Made by a program: the position numbers and the translations under genes. A stretch of 64,000 nt of DNA. Origin: an uncultured Acidimicrobiales bacterium (GTDB lineage Bacteria > Actinomycetota > Acidimicrobiia > Acidimicrobiales > SZUA-35). The stretch spans positions 129,057-193,056 of the forward strand of contig CALKZY010000006.1 in the NCBI GenBank assembly GCA_938002965.1. The letters run 5' to 3'. The notes under the pieces were generated by a model that was given only the letters and a program-made list of their open reading frames with translations, made no database searches and was not told the DNA's origin. This document shows, in pieces, positions 19,664-29,158 of this stretch. How positions within the stretch are numbered: the first letter of the stretch is position 1; each line of letters begins with the position of its first letter.

Positions 19664-20560
19664 TTAGTTTTCCAGCGAGCGGGCCAGCGGGCCGATGTCG
19701 GCCAGTTCATCTTCCCAGGACTCCGGTTCAGCAGCGGGAACCAACACGAACTTCGACAACCCGCAGGCGACGTACGCCTCAACCAAGTCAGCCAGATCGT
19801 CGACCTTCGGCATCACGGCTTCAACGTCCAAATCAGGATTGCGTTGCTTCAAGCGTGCAACCAGATTCTCAGGTAGCGCTCCGTTTCGCCGGTAGACGAT
19901 CAGTGCACCAAAGTGATCCCGGTCGATCGAGCGGCCGTTAACTTCAGCCTCGGCATCAATTGCCGCACAACCAGCGCCGGCTTGGTCAGGGTTGACGAAC
20001 GATGCCAACCAGCCATCGGCCAACCTCCCGATGCGGCGAAGCTCGGAAGGCGCCTGGCCGCCGAGCCACACCTCAAGGGGCTGTTGAACCGGCTTTGGCC
20101 GAACGGTCACGCCTGACATGGCGAAGCGGTCCCCTTGGTGGGAGACGTCGTCTTCGGTCCACAAGCGTCGCAGCAACGGGAGAGCTTCGTTAAACCACGC
20201 ACTACGGTCAGATCGGGCAACGCCGAAGGCCTGATGTTCAGCCGAATTAGGGGCTCCCAGCCCGAAAGCAGGCAGCAGCCGCCCGTCGGAGATGCGATCG
20301 AGACTGGCCAGAGACTTGGCCAGAACAACCGGGTTCCGACCAGGAAGAACCATCACCGACATCCCGACTTTCAACTTGGTCGTGCGGGCGACAGCAAATG
20401 ACATGGCCACGATGGGGTCAGGGCAGTCACCGGTCACCCGCTCCGACAACCACAGCGAGTCAAACCCGTGGCCCTCCAATCCGTCGACCAATTGACCGAA
20501 CCGACTGTGACTCGACGTCACTCCAGTGGTTCCCAGTCCGAAGCCAATACGTATCTTCAT
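19664..20560 (-). CDS. Luciferase-like monooxygenase (LLM) class oxidoreductase, possibly F420-dependent
   Basis: MKIRIGFGLG N-terminus and an LLM TIM-barrel pattern (FDSLWLSERV, GRLLPAFGLG). Cofactor assignment is inferred from the family only. Confidence 0.7.
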   Translation of the reverse strand: MKIRIGFGLGTTGVTSSHSRFGQLVDGLEGHGFDSLWLSERVTGDCPDPIVAMSFAVARTTKLKVGMSVMVLPGRNPVVLAKSLASLDRISDGRLLPAFGLGAPNSAEHQAFGVARSDRSAWFNEALPLLRRLWTEDDVSHQGDRFAMSGVTVRPKPVQQPLEVWLGGQAPSELRRIGRLADGWLASFVNPDQAGAGCAAIDAEAEVNGRSIDRDHFGALIVYRRNGALPENLVARLKQRNPDLDVEAVMPKVDDLADLVEAYVACGLSKFVLVPAAEPESWEDELADIGPLARSLEN

Positions 20561-20900
20561 GGGCCAATCACACCACATCTACGCCGCTGGTACACCCTCC
20601 GGCTCGACACACAACGCCTCGGCGACGTGTTGTCGGGTACAACACCATCATGTGGCCCGAACTCGGTGACGTCCGACCGCTACTATCGAGATTGTTGAGT
20701 CGGCCCTTCTCGCTTCCGACAGGAAGAGAATCGAAAACAACATCGTCTCGAAACCACAGGTTGATCAGCGGCGGCTATCGTCATGTCGATTCTAACTGAG
20801 ACAGAGTTTCCCACCAAATAGGCCAACAAGCCATCAAACCATGACCGTATGGAACACATCGGGTTGATCAGACCCGGTCGGTCGGCGACGAGGATCCACC

Positions 20901-23447
20901 ATGACGAGCGACAATCTGGGCGAATTGGCAGATCGAATTCGGCATCTAGCCCGAGTTCCCAATCTCCTAGTTGCCTGTGACTACGACGGAGTTCTTGCAC
21001 CCCTGGTGGACGACCCAATGCAGGCGAGACCAAACCGCGATGGTGTGGCCGCTATGAGATCGTTGGCTGAGCAGGCCAATACCCATGTCACCGTCGTATC
21101 CGGGCGCAGCCTCCGAGACCTTGCCGGACTTTCCCGGTTGCCGGAGGAGATCCGCCTGGTTGGCAGTCACGGAAGCGAGTTCGACCTAGGGTTTGCATCT
21201 CAGCTAGACCCCCAGCAGGTCGAACATCGACGGATTGTCACAGAAGAAGTACGGGCGCTAGCGGACAAGTACGGCGCCCGGTCCGAGGAAAAGCCCACCG
21301 GCGTTACCTTCCACTTCAGAGAACTCGAGGAGGAGGCCAGCGACGCGGCCCGGATGGAGCTCGTGCGAGGCCCCGCCGGCCACGATTGGATTCACGTTCG
21401 GAATGGCCACGATGTGATGGAGTTCTCGGTAATCGAGACCTCCAAGGGCTCGGCGTTGAACATCATCCGCCAACAAGTTGGCGCCTCGGCCGTGATCTTC
21501 TTCGGCGATGATGTTACCGACGAGGACGGTTTCCGCACTCTAAGTGGGCCCGATATCGGGGTCAAAGTCGGCGACGGAGCCACCGCAGCGAGCTATCGGA
21601 TCGCAGGGCCGGACACGGTGGCCAAGATTCTGGCCCTTCTAGCCGAGATCCGAGCCAAGTGGCTTCGAGGCGAGGGCTTGGTCCCAATCGAAGATCACTC
21701 GATGCTGTCCGACCTGCGCACAGCTGCCATCGTCAGCCCGTCGGCTTCGATCTCGTGGCTTTGCGTGCCCAGGATCGACTCGGCGGCCATCTTCGCGTCA
21801 CTCCTGGGCGGAGAGTCAGCAGGCCACTTCACAGTCTCCGAGGGTGACGATCAGCGACCGCCTGAGTCCCAGGGCTATGCCGGTCAGACAATGATTCTTG
21901 AGTCCCGATTCTCCAGCTTCACCGTCACCGACTTTCTGGACAGCTCAAGTGGCCGGACCCGTAGGCTGGCCGGCCGTTCGGACCTGGTTCGGATCATCGA
22001 AGGAAGCGGACGGGCCCACATCGAATTCGCTCCCCGGCTCGACTTCGGTCGAGTTCCAACCCAACTCGAACTACGCGACGACGGAATTGTTGTCCAGGGA
22101 ACCGCCGATCTCATGGTTCTTCGGGCACCGGGCGTGAACTGGGAAATCAGCCAGGACGGGCAGCACCAAACCGCCATCGGGGTGTGCGACCTGACCGAAG
22201 GAGAACCGATCACGCTCGAACTTCGTAGCGGCACCGGCACGCTTCGCCCCGACGCCCGCTCAGAGCATGACCGCCTCAACGACACCGCCCACTACTGGTC
22301 TAACTGGGCCAGCAAGCTCGAACTACCCACGCTCAAGCGTGACCTGGTTAGCCGAAGTGCATTGGTTCTCAAGAGTCTCTGCCATGGGCCCACCGGCGCA
22401 ATTCTGGCGGCGGCGACCACCAGCTTGCCCGAGCATTTGGGTGGCGTTCGCAACTGGGATTATCGCTACTGCTGGTTGCGCGATGCGTCGCTCACCGCCA
22501 CGTCGCTCGTCAGGCTCGGGTCCAGGGCGGAAGCCATGGCTTTCCTTGACTGGGTGCTGCAGTTACTGGAAACCAGAACCGATCCGGAGCGTCTCGCTCC
22601 GCTCTACAACGTCACCGGTCGTCATCTGCCTCCCGAAGCGGAGATCGCTGTTCTTCCCGGCTACGGCGGAAGCAGGCCGGTGCGTGTGGGTAACGGCGCC
22701 GACGGTCAAGTCCAGCTTGACGTGTTCGGACCGGTGGTCGATCTGGTCCATGTTCTCCTTGAGCACGGCGAGGCTTTGTCGTCAGAGCACTGGCGTCTAG
22801 TCGAAGCCATGGTGCTGGCGGTGTCTCGCCGCTGGCACGAGCCGGACCACGGCATCTGGGAGATCCGCAAGCCTCCACGCCAACACGTGTACTCCAAGCT
22901 GATGGGTTGGGTGACCGTGGACAGGGCCATCGCCATCGCCGAGCAGTTTCTCGACCGTGAACCGACCGCGTGGGTGGAGCTACGAGATCGCATCGCAACC
23001 GACGTCTTGTCTAACGGTTGGAACGAGCAATTGAACACCTTCACCGCCGCATACGGCTCCAGCGACGTGGACGCTTCAGTGCTTGCCATCGGGCTCTGGG
23101 GTCTCATCGAGCCGACCGATCCACGATTCGTTTCGACTGTTGACGCTATCGAACGGGAGTTACGCGTCGGGCCGACTGTCTACCGGTATCTGGAGGATGA
23201 CGGGCTGCCGGGCAAGGAAGGCGGGTTCAACCTGATGACGTCCTGGCTGATTGACGCTCTTTGGTTGATTGGCCGTCGGGAGCAGGCAACCGAGTTGTTC
23301 GACGAGTATTGCGACCTGGTTGGTAAGACCGGAATTATGGCCGAGGAATTCGACCCGGAGAGCCAACGCGCTCTTGGCAACATTCCGCAGGCCTACTCAC
23401 ACCTCGGCCTCATCAGCAACGCTCTGAATCTCGAGCGACTTACCTAA
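20901..23447 (+). CDS. otsB: Fusion protein: trehalose-6-phosphate phosphatase (HAD, OtsB) N-terminal domain plus a glycoside hydrolase family 15 (glucoamylase/trehalase-like) C-terminal domain
   Basis: N-terminus: LLVACDYDGVLAP, VVSGRS, FFGDDVTDEDGF (the HAD motifs of OtsB). C-terminus: NWDYRYCWLRDASLT, IWE.R and AEEFD, typical of the GH15 catalytic domain. Confidence 0.85.
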   Translation: MTSDNLGELADRIRHLARVPNLLVACDYDGVLAPLVDDPMQARPNRDGVAAMRSLAEQANTHVTVVSGRSLRDLAGLSRLPEEIRLVGSHGSEFDLGFASQLDPQQVEHRRIVTEEVRALADKYGARSEEKPTGVTFHFRELEEEASDAARMELVRGPAGHDWIHVRNGHDVMEFSVIETSKGSALNIIRQQVGASAVIFFGDDVTDEDGFRTLSGPDIGVKVGDGATAASYRIAGPDTVAKILALLAEIRAKWLRGEGLVPIEDHSMLSDLRTAAIVSPSASISWLCVPRIDSAAIFASLLGGESAGHFTVSEGDDQRPPESQGYAGQTMILESRFSSFTVTDFLDSSSGRTRRLAGRSDLVRIIEGSGRAHIEFAPRLDFGRVPTQLELRDDGIVVQGTADLMVLRAPGVNWEISQDGQHQTAIGVCDLTEGEPITLELRSGTGTLRPDARSEHDRLNDTAHYWSNWASKLELPTLKRDLVSRSALVLKSLCHGPTGAILAAATTSLPEHLGGVRNWDYRYCWLRDASLTATSLVRLGSRAEAMAFLDWVLQLLETRTDPERLAPLYNVTGRHLPPEAEIAVLPGYGGSRPVRVGNGADGQVQLDVFGPVVDLVHVLLEHGEALSSEHWRLVEAMVLAVSRRWHEPDHGIWEIRKPPRQHVYSKLMGWVTVDRAIAIAEQFLDREPTAWVELRDRIATDVLSNGWNEQLNTFTAAYGSSDVDASVLAIGLWGLIEPTDPRFVSTVDAIERELRVGPTVYRYLEDDGLPGKEGGFNLMTSWLIDALWLIGRREQATELFDEYCDLVGKTGIMAEEFDPESQRALGNIPQAYSHLGLISNALNLERLT

Positions 23448-23454
23448 ACCCGGG

Positions 23455-25443
23455 TTAACTGGCAGCGTCAAGGCGCGCCACCGCCGACTCCCAATCCCCC
23501 AGCAGACGATCGGCCTTGCGCTTCACCTCTTCGTACTCAGCCACCAGTTCGTTCATTCGAGCTTGATCCTGGTAGACCGCTGGATCAGCCAACAGCCCCT
23601 CAATCTTCTTGATCCGTTCGTCGGCATCAGCCGACTTGCGCTCCAGCCGGTTAATCTCCTTGCGCAGCTTGCGGCCGTCGACCGCAACCTTCCCGCCCGC
23701 AACTAGTGAAGATGAACCAGGGGTGGAATGAGGCCTGGGACCTTTGGCCTTGTCCCTCTTTCCGGCCGGGCGCTTCACCGGAGATTTGCCTCCGCCCGAC
23801 TTATTGGCTTTGCCAGCCGAAGTTTTGGGCAACTCGGCGTCGTCGGAACCGGGGGTCAGCAGTCGCTCGTCGACTTCTGTGTGATGGGTGACCTTGCCAT
23901 CGCGTACTTCGACTAGCTCTTCGGCACAATTGCGAATCAGGTGGCGATCGTGACTCACGATCAGCACCGTGCCTGGATACACCCGCAGGGCATCTTCGAG
24001 CACGTCGCAGCTGGGTAGATCGAGATGATTCGTGGGCTCGTCCAACACCAGCAGGTTGACTGGATCGCACATGATTTCAGCCAGTGCCAGACGGGTCCGC
24101 TCCCCGCCTGATAGATCGCCAACAAGACGGTCCACAGCATCGCCGGAGAAACCGAAGGAACCCAGCACCGTCCGCATGTTCCGGTTCTTCGGCTGCTCCC
24201 CCACCTTGTGTCGAAACTCCTGCTCCACAGTTTTGGACAGGTCCAACGCATCGACCTGATGTTGAGCAAAGTAGGCAACGTCGACGTTGGCGCCCAGTTT
24301 CGCCGTCCCGGCGAGAGGCTTCAACTGGCCTAGGATCAGCTTCAAAAGCGTTGACTTTCCAGCACCGTTTGGACCGACCAGGGCGAGCTTCTGACCCCGT
24401 TCAACCACGAGATTGACTCCGACCAACACCGGCTCGTCGTCGTATCCGACGGCAGCGTCGGAGATTTCGACCACAAGACGAGATGAACGTTGAGGCTCGG
24501 GGAATCCGAACGCCAGTCGGAGATCATCAACCTGCGGAACCTGAATTCGCTCCAGCTTCTCCAGCGTCTTGATCCGGGACTGGACTTGGCGAGACTTGGT
24601 GGCCTTGTAGCGAAATCGTTCAATGAAACGTTCGACCCGCTCGATCTCCTTTGCTTGGCGGGCTGCAGAGGCTTCAAGCGAAGCCAGGCGTTCTTCCCTA
24701 GCCACGACGAATTCCGCAAATCCACCGACATATTCAAGCGCTGTGCCCCATGCAATCTCCACCACCCGCTCGGCCACAGCGTCGATGAAATCTCGATCAT
24801 GCGACACGAAGAGGATGGCTCCCGGCCAGCTTCGGAGCTGATCCTCAAGCCATGCCACAGAGTCGACGTCAAGGTGATTGGTCGGCTCGTCCAACAAGAG
24901 ACAGTCGGGGTTTTGCAGCAGCAGCCGGGCCAAGGCCGCTCGCATCTGCCAGCCTCCTGACATATCACCGAGCGGCGAATCCATGTCGGTCTCGGTAAAG
25001 CCAAGTCCGGCCAAGATGCGGCGCGCCTCAGCTTCAAGCTGGTAGCCGCCGAGCGTCTCGAAACGATCCTGTAGCTGACCGAATCGCTCCACGGTCCGGT
25101 CATGATCCGGCGCACTGGAATCGCCCATCTGATCGGTCAGCGCAGCCAGCTCGCGTTCGATGTCGAGGATCTCGCCTGCGCCTCGCATCACCTCTTCCAA
25201 CACGGTGCCGGACCACGACTCGATCAGTTCCTGCGGGAGGTAGCCGATCTTGAAGTCTTTGGGTTGGGAGACGTCACCGCGGTCGGCGTCCTGGAGACCG
25301 ACGATGATCTCCAGAATCGTGGACTTTCCAACCCCGTTCCCGCCGATTAGGGCGATTCGACGTCCGGCTGACAAACGGAACGTGACATCGTTGAACAGGG
25401 TTCTCGACCCGTGTGATTTGGAGAGCCCGGAGACGGTTAGCAC
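23455..25443 (-). CDS. ABC-F family ATPase (two ABC domains, no TM; Uup/EttA-like) with a Lys/Gly-rich linker and C-terminal coiled coil
   Basis: Two Walker A sites ([18 protein letters not shown]), two LSGG signatures and two Walker B sites ([22 protein letters not shown]). Confidence 0.9.
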   Translation of the reverse strand: MLTVSGLSKSHGSRTLFNDVTFRLSAGRRIALIGGNGVGKSTILEIIVGLQDADRGDVSQPKDFKIGYLPQELIESWSGTVLEEVMRGAGEILDIERELAALTDQMGDSSAPDHDRTVERFGQLQDRFETLGGYQLEAEARRILAGLGFTETDMDSPLGDMSGGWQMRAALARLLLQNPDCLLLDEPTNHLDVDSVAWLEDQLRSWPGAILFVSHDRDFIDAVAERVVEIAWGTALEYVGGFAEFVVAREERLASLEASAARQAKEIERVERFIERFRYKATKSRQVQSRIKTLEKLERIQVPQVDDLRLAFGFPEPQRSSRLVVEISDAAVGYDDEPVLVGVNLVVERGQKLALVGPNGAGKSTLLKLILGQLKPLAGTAKLGANVDVAYFAQHQVDALDLSKTVEQEFRHKVGEQPKNRNMRTVLGSFGFSGDAVDRLVGDLSGGERTRLALAEIMCDPVNLLVLDEPTNHLDLPSCDVLEDALRVYPGTVLIVSHDRHLIRNCAEELVEVRDGKVTHHTEVDERLLTPGSDDAELPKTSAGKANKSGGGKSPVKRPAGKRDKAKGPRPHSTPGSSSLVAGGKVAVDGRKLRKEINRLERKSADADERIKKIEGLLADPAVYQDQARMNELVAEYEEVKRKADRLLGDWESAVARLDAAS

Positions 25444-25469
25444 AGCTGCCAGGCTAACTGCCTGGCGGG

Positions 25470-25850
25470 CTATCGCCTGGGTGGGCTGAGATCAGCGGTC
25501 AGCAATCGGTCTAGGACCGACGTGACCGTCCCGACAAGGAGTTCCGGATGGACTGGGCCCCAGGTTCGACTGTCGGTGCCGGCGTCTGGATTGTCGCTCT
25601 CGAGCACCACTCGGGTGTCGGATTTGAAGCCTGCTACCCGCTTGACCACCAGCAAGTCGTCTTCGCCGACGTCGATTGATCGCATCGGGTGACGGGAAAC
25701 GACAAGCTCGCCGACCTGTGGCCGGCGAGCTGAATCGATCAGAACAAATTCACCGTCGGCCAAGGTCGGTGACATTGACTGGCCGACTACTCGTATTCGC
25801 TGACGGCGACCAAACAGCCAGGCAATCAGATTGATCGCGGCTCCGGCCAT
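25470..25850 (-). CDS. sodX: Ni-SOD maturation endopeptidase SodX (S26 signal-peptidase family)
   Basis: GQSMSPTL catalytic Ser motif. It starts 8 nt downstream of the sodN stop. I prefer the ATG at 25850 because the longer ORF overlaps sodN. Confidence 0.8.
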   Translation of the reverse strand: MAGAAINLIAWLFGRRQRIRVVGQSMSPTLADGEFVLIDSARRPQVGELVVSRHPMRSIDVGEDDLLVVKRVAGFKSDTRVVLESDNPDAGTDSRTWGPVHPELLVGTVTSVLDRLLTADLSPPRR

Positions 25851-25858
25851 CACTGGAA

Positions 25859-26317
25859 TTAGCTGGCGGTATACCAGGGGATGTCGCGGCCCTTCGTGGC
25901 CCAGAAGATGTTGTGGATATTTTCGATCTGGGTCATCAGATCGGTGGCGGCGTCGAGGCTCACCGACGTCTTGCATGCCGAGGCCTGCTTGGCGCCATTC
26001 CAGAACGTGGTGTGAAGGTCCGGGTACTCTTCGAGGTGGGGTGGCTTGAAGTAGTCGTGCCAGAGAATGTTAAGTTCCCGCTTGACCTTCTCGGCTTCTT
26101 CTTCCTTGATGGCTACAAATCGCGAGTAGGTGTTGTGTGCACCCTCAGCCGACATGTCGAGATCCAGAAGCTTCTTGGTCATCGAAAGAACGGCCTCGCC
26201 GGCAATGCGGGCGCTGGCCGGGTCGTAGACTCCGCACGGGCCGTCACAGTGGGCCGAGGCGATCGGTGCCTGTTTTACGGAATCGAGTTTTCGGAGCAAA
26301 CGAGCTGACAGATTCAT
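25859..26317 (-). CDS. sodN: Nickel-containing superoxide dismutase precursor
   Basis: Ni-hook HCDGPCGVYDP follows a 22-aa pro-peptide (MNLSARLLRKLDSVKQAPIASA). The four-helix body carries FWATKG near the C-terminus. Confidence 0.95.
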   Translation of the reverse strand: MNLSARLLRKLDSVKQAPIASAHCDGPCGVYDPASARIAGEAVLSMTKKLLDLDMSAEGAHNTYSRFVAIKEEEAEKVKRELNILWHDYFKPPHLEEYPDLHTTFWNGAKQASACKTSVSLDAATDLMTQIENIHNIFWATKGRDIPWYTAS

Positions 26318-26550
26318 GGATCTTCTCCTGGCGAGCGCCTGATTCGTCTAGTGGTACGAGTTTGCAGCGTAGCGGCGCCACCTACCGAGCGGCTAACTTT
26401 CCACCCAACTCACCGCCGTCGGCAACGACCCTCCCCGTCACCACTGGGGGCGACGGCCATCCATCTGGTTGTGACAACGGCCCACAGGGCGAGGAGTCAA
26501 GAGGCAGAAGTGGGGGTAGAGCGCCGGCAGCGCCCAGAAGGGTGAAGACC

Positions 26551-26994
26551 ATGATCCGGTGGCACAGTGGATTGGTGACACAGCACAACGATGAGCACAC
26601 GGTCGCGAAAATGTTCGCGGAGGACCGAGCCTCGAACAACCTGGGAATCAGCCTGGACAGCACCGGGGATGGCGTCGCCGTGGTCTCGATGACCATCACC
26701 GACGACATGGTCAATGGACTGGGGATCGGCCACGGCGGACTGGTTTTCGCCCTGGCAGACTCGGCAATGGCTTTCGCCACCAACGGCACGGGAACTCCAG
26801 CGGTGGCCGTCCAAGCCGAAATCGACTGGCTTCGACCCGCCCGCCTGGGGGCCAGGCTGACGGCGACCGCCGCACGCATTCACGGAAAGGGCCGAAACGC
26901 AATCACAGACGTAACGGTCCGCGACGAAGCCGGTGACACCATTGCCGTTTTTCGCGGACGTACCCGCCTCGTCAACAAACCTCACCCTGAGTAG
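26551..26994 (+). CDS. PaaI/hotdog-fold acyl-CoA thioesterase
   Basis: About 147 aa hotdog fold with HGG..FALADSA, characteristic of the PaaI family. The long upstream part of ORF 26137-26994 is Arg/Pro-rich and unlikely to be coding. Confidence 0.75.
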   Translation: MIRWHSGLVTQHNDEHTVAKMFAEDRASNNLGISLDSTGDGVAVVSMTITDDMVNGLGIGHGGLVFALADSAMAFATNGTGTPAVAVQAEIDWLRPARLGARLTATAARIHGKGRNAITDVTVRDEAGDTIAVFRGRTRLVNKPHPE

Positions 26995-27037
26995 ACCCAG
27001 CAGAATCGCCCGTAGCAGCAGGACGCCGCGGCCATAA

Positions 27038-27985
27038 TCAGTAGCCAGCGTCGACGTCGACCTGGCCTTCGAGTTCCCCGCCTGCGGCAAACAAGGCGAC
27101 ATTCCGCTCAATGTGCGAAGCCAGAAGAGGAATCCCCATCTCCGGTGTGTTCCCAACGTGAGGCGTGATCAGGACCCTTGGGTGGGACCACAACGGATGA
27201 CCATCCGGCAAGGGTTCCGGCTCGGTGACATCAAGGCACGCTCCGCCAATCGAACCCCGCTCTAGAGCAGCGAGCAATGCTGCGTTGTCGACGTGACCAC
27301 CCCTGGCAACGTTCACCAGCCATCCATGATCGGCCATGGCGGCAAACTCGTTGTGGCTCATGATGGCTTCAGTTTCGGGGGTCAGAGCTAATGCCAACAC
27401 CACAACATCAGCGTCGGCAACGGCTTCCAGCCGCTCCTCGAAGCCCACGGTCCGGTCGGCACCGGCCATAGGCGTGGGTCGACGACGAACCACGGTCGTT
27501 GAACAGTTGAATCCGCCAAGCAGCTTCAGCAGTTCCTCGGCAATACCACCGGCGCCGAAGATGGTCACCCGGCCATCGACAAGATTGTGCCCCTCCGGAG
27601 CCGACCAGGTGGACGAGCGAGCATAGGTCGACAGTCCCCTCAGTCCAGCAAGTCCCAACAAGAGGGCGTGTTCGGCCACCGGCCGAGCGTAGACCCCTCG
27701 AGCGCACGTCCAGACCCGACCATGGTCCAGATAGGGCACGTAGGGTTCTATCCCGGCAAAGGGAAGGGCAACCCAACGAAGTCGTTCGTGGCCGTCGAGA
27801 GTGTCCGGTAGCAGATTCGGAAGCGCCGGGTCGGCCCAAATGAGAGCCTCGGCTTCGCCCAATGTCGCCACCCGACCGCCACCGGCAACCACCGCCTGTT
27901 CAAGCGACTCGAATCTGCCCGATTTCGGTTCGACCGCTATCGCCGGCATGTCTCGGCTTGCAGGCCCCGTTGTGTCGCCGCTCAC
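27038..27985 (-). CDS. D-isomer-specific 2-hydroxyacid dehydrogenase family protein
   Basis: NAD-binding GAGGIA, then the catalytic ARG and TPH(V)G pattern (NVARGGHVD...ITPHVGN). Its GTG start overlaps the metB stop (GTGA 27982-27985). Confidence 0.8.
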   Translation of the reverse strand: MSGDTTGPASRDMPAIAVEPKSGRFESLEQAVVAGGGRVATLGEAEALIWADPALPNLLPDTLDGHERLRWVALPFAGIEPYVPYLDHGRVWTCARGVYARPVAEHALLLGLAGLRGLSTYARSSTWSAPEGHNLVDGRVTIFGAGGIAEELLKLLGGFNCSTTVVRRRPTPMAGADRTVGFEERLEAVADADVVVLALALTPETEAIMSHNEFAAMADHGWLVNVARGGHVDNAALLAALERGSIGGACLDVTEPEPLPDGHPLWSHPRVLITPHVGNTPEMGIPLLASHIERNVALFAAGGELEGQVDVDAGY

Positions 27986-29157
27986 AGAAGATCCAGCGCC
28001 TGCTTCAGGTCGGCAACAAGATCTGCGCCATCTTCAATGCCAACTGAGAGCCGAACGAGATCGTCAGGCACCTCGAGAGGCGATCCGGCGGCCGAAAGGT
28101 GGGTCATGGCCCCGGGGTGCTCAATCAGCGATTCCACCGCTCCCAGTGACTCGGCCAAGGTGAACAACTCCGTGCCTTCCGATACCTTCATGGCACCGTC
28201 GCGGGTCCCCGTCTGGAAGCTGATCATGCCGCCGAAGTTCTTCATCTGTTTGCGGGCCGCCTCGTGTCCGGGGTGCGAAGCCACGCCGGGCCACAGCACC
28301 GCTGTCACTTTCGGGTGGGACGACAGAAGCTCGACGAGCTTGGCGGCATTTGTACAATGACGATCCATCCGGACACCGAGTGTCTTGACCCCCCGCAGCG
28401 TCAGGTAGCAGTCCCACGGCCCGGGCACGGCTCCGACGGCGTTCTGGATAAAGGTGAGATGGTCATGAACCTCGGCGTCGTTAGTGGCGACAAATCCGCC
28501 GACCACATCAGAGTGACCTCCGATGTACTTGGTGGTGGAGTGAACGACAATATCGGCGCCGTGCGCCAGGGGCTGCTGAAGGTAGGGCGTAGCGAAGGTG
28601 TTGTCGACCACTAGGCGAGTCTCAGGGTGATGGGCGACAACCGAAGCCACAGCAGAAATGTCGATCACGGTGAGAAGAGGGTTGGTGGGGGTCTCGGCCC
28701 AAACCATCTTGGTGTTGTCCGGCCAATCGCGACCAAGGGCCGTCGGGTCCGTGAGATCGTGAGCCGACCAGGTGATACCGGCCCGCCCGAACACCTTGGA
28801 GATCAGCCGGAACGTACCGCCGTAGGCGTCGTTGCCCATGACGATGTGATCTCCGGGCTCGAGGAGACGCAATATGGCGTCCTCGGCCGCCAAGCCTGAT
28901 GCGAATGAGACTCCGAACGCCGCGTCCTCCAGGGCAGCCAGGGCGGTCTGCAGCGCTGTGCGGGTCGGGTTACCGGTCCGGGCGTACTCGTAGCCTGAGT
29001 GTTTGCCGACGGCTTCCTGAGCGAAGGTGGACGTCTGGAAGACGGGAACGGTCACCGCGCCGGTGATCGGTTCTGGATCCTGTCCGGCGTGAATCGCCCG
29101 GGTGTCAAAGCCCCACCCTCGAGAGCGATTGGTCTTGGTTGGTTCGGCTTCAGACAT
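27982..29157 (-). CDS. metB: Cystathionine gamma-synthase/gamma-lyase (PLP-dependent Cys/Met metabolism family)
   Basis: FDTRAIHAGQ, YARTGNPT and the PLP-lysine block HSTTKYIGGHSD. The ATG at 29157 lies 1 nt after the cbs stop. Confidence 0.9.
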   Translation of the reverse strand: MSEAEPTKTNRSRGWGFDTRAIHAGQDPEPITGAVTVPVFQTSTFAQEAVGKHSGYEYARTGNPTRTALQTALAALEDAAFGVSFASGLAAEDAILRLLEPGDHIVMGNDAYGGTFRLISKVFGRAGITWSAHDLTDPTALGRDWPDNTKMVWAETPTNPLLTVIDISAVASVVAHHPETRLVVDNTFATPYLQQPLAHGADIVVHSTTKYIGGHSDVVGGFVATNDAEVHDHLTFIQNAVGAVPGPWDCYLTLRGVKTLGVRMDRHCTNAAKLVELLSSHPKVTAVLWPGVASHPGHEAARKQMKNFGGMISFQTGTRDGAMKVSEGTELFTLAESLGAVESLIEHPGAMTHLSAAGSPLEVPDDLVRLSVGIEDGADLVADLKQALDLL

Positions 29158-29158
29158 C

